From assembly GCA_026004675.1 (NCBI GenBank), contig BPJP01000002.1, forward strand, positions 653,335 through 717,334: a DNA stretch of 64,000 nt, written 5' to 3'. The stretch is from Gemmatales bacterium (GTDB lineage: Bacteria > Planctomycetota > Planctomycetia > Gemmatales > Gemmataceae). A program made the translations under genes and the position numbers. This document shows positions 59,143 through 64,000 of the stretch, in pieces (positions within the stretch are counted from its first letter, which is position 1; each line of letters starts with the position of its first letter). The notes beneath the pieces are model-generated. The model did not search any database, had not been told where the DNA came from, and saw only the letters and a list, made by a program, of their open reading frames with translations.

Positions 59143-61059
59143 ATGGAACTGATCGACAAATGGAAAGTTCAAGACGCGCTGGAAACGTACGGCATTCCCT
59201 ATTGGGGCAAGGGCTACTTCGGCATTAACGAACTCGGCCATGTCACGGTTCATCCCAACCGCCGAGCCGAAGAAGCCATTGATCTGAAAGACCTCGTCGA
59301 TCAGTTGCAGCGTCGCGGCATCCAGCTGCCAATTCTTCTCCGTTTCACCGACATCCTCCGTCATCGCATGGGGGAGATTCACGACGCTTTCCGCACCGCT
59401 ATCCGGGAATTCGACTACAAAGGTGATTACTGTTGTGTCTATCCGATCAAGGTCAACCAACAGCGTCACGTTGTGGAAGAGATTGTCGACTTCGGCCGAC
59501 CTTTTCATTTCGGTCTGGAAGCAGGTTCCAAACCGGAACTGTTGGCCGTGCTCGCTTTGAGTAACGGCGCGGATATTCCCATTATCTGCAATGGCTTCAA
59601 GGACGACGAGTTCATCAAGATGACGATGCTTGCTCGCAAAATCGGCAAGCAGATCATTCCCATCGTTGAGAAATTCACCGAATTGGAAAAAATCGTCCAC
59701 TACTCGCAAGAGCTAAACGTCCGCCCAGTTATTGGCGTGCGGGTAAAACTTGCGACGCGGGGTTCGGGGCGCTGGAAGTCGAGTGCGGGCTTCCGCTCCA
59801 AATTTGGTCTGACGATGACCGAAGTGCTCGAAGCATTTTATTTTCTCAAAGAGCGAGATTTAGCCGACTGTTTGCAACTGGTGCACTACCATTTGGGTAG
59901 TCAAATCTCCAATATCCGCAGTATCAAAGAGGCGTTGACGGAAGCCGCCCGGGTTTATGCAGAACTGGCGAGAATTGGGGCCAATGTCCATTATCTGGAT
60001 GTCGGCGGCGGGCTGGGCATCGACTACGACGGTTCGCAGACCGACTTCAATTCCTCCGTAAACTACACTTTGCAGGAATATGCCAACGATGTTGTTTTCC
60101 GCATCAAAAGTGTGTGTGACGATGCCGGTGTGCGGCACCCGACGATTATTTCCGAATCAGGCCGAGCCATCGTTGCTTACCACAGCGTGCTGATTTTCGA
60201 GGTATTGGGCGTCTCCAATTTCGATCGCTACCAAGCGCCGACGTCGATTCCCGAGGACGCTCCGCAGCCGGTGGCGGACCTGTTTGCCATTTATCGCGAT
60301 CTTTCCAAAAAGAACTTCCTCGAAGGTTATCACGATGCCGTCCAATCGGTCGACGAAGTGCTCAACTTGTTCAACTTGGGCTATCTCGACATCGAAATGC
60401 GTGCGCTCTCGGAGCGACTTTTTTTCAGCGTGTGTTTGCGGCTGTTGAAAATCATTCGCGAACTCGAATACGTACCCGAAGACCTGCAGACACTGGAAAC
60501 CCTTCTTTCCGATACGTATTTCTGCAACTTCTCCATTTTTCAGTCGATGCCAGACAGCTGGGCTGTCAAGCAACTTTTTCCCATTTTGCCGATCCACCGC
60601 CTCGACGAACCTCCCTCCCGACGCGCGGTGCTTGGCGATATTACGTGCGATTCCGATGGGTGCATCGATCAATTTATCGACTTGCGCGACGTTCGAAGCA
60701 CGCTGGAATTGCACCCGTTCACAGGCGAGCCGTATTATCTCGGCGCCTTTCTACTCGGTGCTTACCAGGAGATTTTAGGCGACATGCATAATCTTTTCGG
60801 CGATACCAATGCCGTCCATGTCAGCCTCGACGAAGAGGGCAAGGTGGTACTCGATACTGTCATCAAGGGAAACACTGTTCGCGAAGTGCTGAATTACGTC
60901 CAATATTCCACTGACGAAATGATGGCCCGCATGCGCAAGGAAGTTGAACGAGCTGTCCGCCTCGAGAAAATTTCGATCGAAGAGTCCCGGCAATTGCTCC
61001 ATTTTTACGCTGCCGGGCTGGACGGCTACACCTATTTGGAAGAGCCTCATGTGGATTGA
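59143..61059 (+). CDS. speA: biosynthetic arginine decarboxylase (PLP-dependent)
   Basis: 638 aa. SpeA N-terminus (…ETYGIPYWGKGYFGINELGHV…) and fold-III PLP decarboxylase motifs (…YPIKVNQQRHVVEEI…, GGGLGIDYDGS). Confidence 0.9.
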   Translation: MELIDKWKVQDALETYGIPYWGKGYFGINELGHVTVHPNRRAEEAIDLKDLVDQLQRRGIQLPILLRFTDILRHRMGEIHDAFRTAIREFDYKGDYCCVYPIKVNQQRHVVEEIVDFGRPFHFGLEAGSKPELLAVLALSNGADIPIICNGFKDDEFIKMTMLARKIGKQIIPIVEKFTELEKIVHYSQELNVRPVIGVRVKLATRGSGRWKSSAGFRSKFGLTMTEVLEAFYFLKERDLADCLQLVHYHLGSQISNIRSIKEALTEAARVYAELARIGANVHYLDVGGGLGIDYDGSQTDFNSSVNYTLQEYANDVVFRIKSVCDDAGVRHPTIISESGRAIVAYHSVLIFEVLGVSNFDRYQAPTSIPEDAPQPVADLFAIYRDLSKKNFLEGYHDAVQSVDEVLNLFNLGYLDIEMRALSERLFFSVCLRLLKIIRELEYVPEDLQTLETLLSDTYFCNFSIFQSMPDSWAVKQLFPILPIHRLDEPPSRRAVLGDITCDSDGCIDQFIDLRDVRSTLELHPFTGEPYYLGAFLLGAYQEILGDMHNLFGDTNAVHVSLDEEGKVVLDTVIKGNTVREVLNYVQYSTDEMMARMRKEVERAVRLEKISIEESRQLLHFYAAGLDGYTYLEEPHVD

Positions 61060-61126
61060 CGGAAAGTGACAGCCGATGCCGCAGGCTGAACGCGACTTTC
61101 CGACTGCGCACACCCGGCGTTTCGAC

Positions 61127-61155
61127 TTGGGAAGAGTCAGGCAGTCGGCTATAAT
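61127..61155 (+). promoter_or_regulatory. candidate sigma70-like promoter for rpsU
   Basis: TTGGGA (61127-61132), 17 nt spacer, TATAAT (61150-61155), about 50 nt upstream of the rpsU start. Confidence 0.35.
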
Positions 61156-61202
61156 TTAGCAAGAATTGCATCTAGGTTTCAGCTACGAAAGGGTAACTGC
61201 GC

Positions 61203-61394
61203 ATGGGTCTGCGAATGCGTGTGCATGATCGTGAACCTCTGAGTTTGGCACTGCGCCGCTTCAAGAAAATGATCGAACGCAGCGGCATGCAAAAAGAACT
61301 TCGTGCTCACCAACACTATGAAAAGCCGTCTGAAGTGCGACGGCGTGCCTTGTTGCGCCGGCAAATCGCTGCGCGGCGCGGCAAAGCCAAGTAA
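61203..61394 (+). CDS. rpsU: 30S ribosomal protein S21
   Basis: …EPLSLALRRFKKMIERSGMQKELRAHQHYEKPSEVRRRA…, basic C-terminus. Start may be the internal Met (MRVHDRE). Confidence 0.8.
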   Translation: MGLRMRVHDREPLSLALRRFKKMIERSGMQKELRAHQHYEKPSEVRRRALLRRQIAARRGKAK

Positions 61395-61465
61395 AACGAT
61401 GCGCTGTAACGATTGGCCCTATCGGTTCGTGAGACCTGCCGCCTGAATCATCCTTTCGACGAACT

Positions 61466-63406
61466 GTGAGCAAAGGAATGAGCACAGCCCGCAAGTATAC
61501 GGCCCGCGACATTACGGTCCTGGAAGGCCTGGAGCCTGTGCGGCGCCGGCCATCGATGTATATCGGCAGTGTCGATTCCAAGGGGCTTCATCACCTCGTG
61601 TGGGAACTCGTCGACAATGCCGTCGACGAGTACCTCAACAATTACGCCGACGCGATCACCGTGACGCTGCACAAAAGCGGAGAGGCGGTAACGGTCAGCG
61701 ACAATGGCCGAGGCATACCCGTCGACCTTCATCCGCAGTTCAAGAAACCGGCTTTGGAACTGATCCTGACAACCTTGCATTCGGGAGCCAAGTTCGGCGA
61801 AGGCGGGAATTACATCCATTCTGGCGGGTTGCACGGCGTCGGTTCCTCCGTCGTGAACGCTTTGTCCCGGAAACTCGTCGCAACGATCCGCCGTGACGGT
61901 TACGAATGGCAGCAGACATTCAAAAAAGGCAAAGCCGTCGAAAAACTTAAAAAACTAGGCAAGTTTCGCGGCCACGGCACCACCATCTATTTCGAGCCCG
62001 ACCCGGATATTTTTCGCACCACACGCTTCGACGCCGATTGGATCAAGTCTCATCTCGACGACATGGCCTATATCCATAAGGGCCTCAAGATCACCTTTAA
62101 GGACGAGGTCGCTCGGCAAACATACGACTTGACGCACGAAGGCGGACTGCCCGAGTTCCTCGCCCGACTGGTTCAAGAAGGCGGCAAAGCGCCAGTGACG
62201 GAATCCGCCTTCCATGTAGTCAGTGCGGCCAAAGATGGCCAGAATCGCATGGAGGTGGCTTTGCAATGGACGGAATCAACCGATGAAACGGTGCGTTCGT
62301 ATGTGAACGGAATTCGCACTGTTCATGGCGGCACGCACGAAAGCGGTTTCAAGAGCGGCATCGCTAAAGCCATCCGCAACTACATCGAAACACATGAACT
62401 GAAGACCAAAGGTCTGTCGATCACGGCCGAGGACATCCGCGAAGGCATTGTCGGTATCCTCTCGGTTTTCGTGCGTGAGCCGATGTTTCAGGGGCAAACG
62501 AAAGAGAAGCTCAACAACCCCGAAATGAACTCGGCGGTCGACAACTTTGTTCGACCTTCTCTGGAAGCCTGGCTGAATGCCAACACGACGGCGGCGGAAC
62601 AAATCGTTGGCCGAATTATTTTGGCGGCGCGGGCACGGTTGGCCTCGCGCGAAGCCGCCGTCCAAATCAAACGCAAATCGGTTACGCAGCGCAAACTGAA
62701 TCTCCCCGGAAAACTGGCTGATTGCAAGTCGACGAACTGCCACGAGACGGAGCTTTTTATTGTCGAAGGGGATTCCGCTGGTGGCAGCGCGAAACAAGGG
62801 CGAAACAACCAGACTCAGGCTGTTTTGCCTCTCCGTGGCAAGATTCTCAACTCGGAAGGCATGGCATTGAACAAGGTTTTGGCCAATGCCGAGTTGGCGG
62901 CACTGGTTTCCGCCATCGGCGTGGGGGCAGGAGACAAACTCGATCTTCGCGGCTTGCGGTATGGCAAAATCATTCTGCTCATGGACGCCGACGCCGACGG
63001 CCACCACATCACGACTTTGCTTTTGGCGTTCTTCTTCCGTCATATGACGGAACTCGTCAAGAACGGTTTTGTTTATTTGGCTCAGCCGCCACTTTACCGG
63101 ATTGACGTCGGCAAAGAGACGTATTGGGCGAGGGACGATGAGCACAAACAGGAAATCCTCGCATCGTTGCGCTCCAACGCCAAGCCAGAAATCACCCGCT
63201 TCAAAGGACTGGGTGAAATGCCCCCGCGAACGCTGGCCGAAACCACCCTCGATCCCCAAAACCGCACTCTCTTGAAAGTGGACATCCGCTCGCCTCTCGA
63301 TTCCGACAAGGCCTTTGTGGAACTTCTCGGCAAGGACCCAGCGACCCGCTATCAGTTCATTCTCGATTCAGCCGCCTTGGCACAGGTCGACGAGTTGGAT
63401 GTGTAA
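61466..63406 (+). CDS. type IIA DNA topoisomerase subunit B (GyrB/ParE family)
   Basis: GHKL ATPase (…LHHLVWELVDNAVDE…, GLHGVGSSVVNALS), Toprim (EGDSAGGSAKQGR, LPLRGKILN), C-terminal KGLGEM. 646 aa, so the GyrB versus ParE assignment is not resolvable from length alone. Confidence 0.85.
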   Translation: MSKGMSTARKYTARDITVLEGLEPVRRRPSMYIGSVDSKGLHHLVWELVDNAVDEYLNNYADAITVTLHKSGEAVTVSDNGRGIPVDLHPQFKKPALELILTTLHSGAKFGEGGNYIHSGGLHGVGSSVVNALSRKLVATIRRDGYEWQQTFKKGKAVEKLKKLGKFRGHGTTIYFEPDPDIFRTTRFDADWIKSHLDDMAYIHKGLKITFKDEVARQTYDLTHEGGLPEFLARLVQEGGKAPVTESAFHVVSAAKDGQNRMEVALQWTESTDETVRSYVNGIRTVHGGTHESGFKSGIAKAIRNYIETHELKTKGLSITAEDIREGIVGILSVFVREPMFQGQTKEKLNNPEMNSAVDNFVRPSLEAWLNANTTAAEQIVGRIILAARARLASREAAVQIKRKSVTQRKLNLPGKLADCKSTNCHETELFIVEGDSAGGSAKQGRNNQTQAVLPLRGKILNSEGMALNKVLANAELAALVSAIGVGAGDKLDLRGLRYGKIILLMDADADGHHITTLLLAFFFRHMTELVKNGFVYLAQPPLYRIDVGKETYWARDDEHKQEILASLRSNAKPEITRFKGLGEMPPRTLAETTLDPQNRTLLKVDIRSPLDSDKAFVELLGKDPATRYQFILDSAALAQVDELDV

Positions 63407-63446
63407 ACTTCTGTCTTCGCAAGTTTCTCATACCTACAATTTCGAT

Positions 63447-64000
63447 ATGCGCTCTTTTGCTTTCTTGACCTTGCTGGCTGTTGGTATCGGTGCTCTCGAT
63501 GGCCAAGCCGTGCCGCCGGTGCCGCGTACCGTCCAAGCCCTCTGGGCCGATTTCGACCCGCGAAAAGAACCGCTCGCTTCGCAAACCGTGCGGCAATGGG
63601 AAAAAGACGGCGTCGTTTACCGCTATGTCACTTTTCACGTCGGCACTTTCAAAAACAAACCGGCGCGGCTGGCGGCTTTCTTCGGCTTTCCGAAAAACGG
63701 CAAGCAACTTCCCGCTCTTCTGCATCTTCACGGCGGAGGACAACGTGCCTTTCTTCATGAAGTCGAGTTTTACGCCAAACGAGGGTACGCCTGCCTGTCC
63801 ATCAATTGGGGCGGACGGGAGATGGAGAATGCCAAACCCGACGACCCCAACACCGATTGGGGAGCGGTCGATCCAACCCAGCAAAACGTGCCCGGCTATT
63901 TCAATCTCAAGCCAGGCAAAAAATTCCTTGACCCTTTCGAGTCCCCGAGAAACAACAACTGGTATCTGTTGACGCTTGGCGCCCGGCGCGGGCTTACCTT
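63447..64000 (+). CDS. secreted alpha/beta hydrolase-like protein (acetyl-xylan-esterase / dienelactone-hydrolase-like). Partial; it runs off the right edge of the window.
   Basis: ATG 63447 with signal peptide MRSFAFLTLLAVGIGALDGQA. Manual translation continues open to 64000 (…ALLHLHGGGQRAFLHEVEFYAKRGYACLSINWGG…). Confidence 0.45.
   Translation, partial: MRSFAFLTLLAVGIGALDGQAVPPVPRTVQALWADFDPRKEPLASQTVRQWEKDGVVYRYVTFHVGTFKNKPARLAAFFGFPKNGKQLPALLHLHGGGQRAFLHEVEFYAKRGYACLSINWGGREMENAKPDDPNTDWGAVDPTQQNVPGYFNLKPGKKFLDPFESPRNNNWYLLTLGARRGLT

Overview
This 64 kb window reads as a high-GC, gene-dense chromosomal segment from a Planctomycetota-like bacterium. The lineage call is an inference from three things: a DUF1501 / PSCyt-DUF1549-DUF1553 gene pair, a Planctomycetes-Verrucomicrobia (PVM)-type bacterial microcompartment (BMC) locus, and ECF sigma / anti-sigma architecture. 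Features in order along the window: (1) a secreted hypothetical protein, a multi-pass membrane protein and a cupin-domain protein. (2) A MarR-regulated RND efflux operon (marR, membrane-fusion adaptor, RND pump) on the minus strand. (3) A secreted S1 (trypsin-like) protease fused to TPR repeats. (4) A minus-strand cluster that looks like a type II fatty-acid / polyketide (aryl-polyene-like) biosynthetic gene cluster. In transcription order it encodes a Hanks-type Ser/Thr kinase, a GH3-family adenylating enzyme, an alpha/beta hydrolase, a ketosynthase, a ketosynthase paralog whose catalytic Cys is replaced by Asp (chain-length-factor-like), a FabZ-like dehydratase, an elongated ACP, a frameshifted FabG ketoreductase and a second dehydratase. 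There is no enoyl reductase. (5) A partial respiratory complex I operon, nuoI-J-K-L-N, with nuoM absent and with extended NuoJ and NuoK. (6) A DapA-family lyase plus an enolase-superfamily enzyme. (7) An orphan ChlI/ChlD-like AAA+/VWA protein, a thioredoxin-like secreted protein, a flotillin/NfeD pair, a tiny Cys-rich secreted peptide and a phosphofructokinase. (8) A complete PVM-type BMC locus: DeoR regulator (frameshifted), PduL, 2x BMC-H, acetate kinase, 3x BMC-P, an acylating aldehyde dehydrogenase, an RpiB-like protein with an N-terminal extension, a class II fuculose/rhamnulose-phosphate aldolase with a C-terminal extension, an LDH/MDH-family dehydrogenase and a TIM-barrel aldolase-like protein. 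(9) DUF1501, SppA, enolase and a PSCyt/DUF1553 protein. (10) An SDR, an ECF sigma factor with an overlapping anti-sigma factor that carries a very large extracytoplasmic domain, an intrinsic terminator, and speA, rpsU, a GyrB/ParE-family gene and a partial secreted hydrolase. No tRNA, rRNA, CRISPR array or obvious mobile element was seen. The most interesting region is the kinase-GH3-KS/CLF-DH-ACP-KR-DH cluster, which probably makes a polyunsaturated acyl or polyene product. The BMC locus is a recognisable PVM type, but two of its enzymes carry terminal extensions that could be encapsulation peptides.
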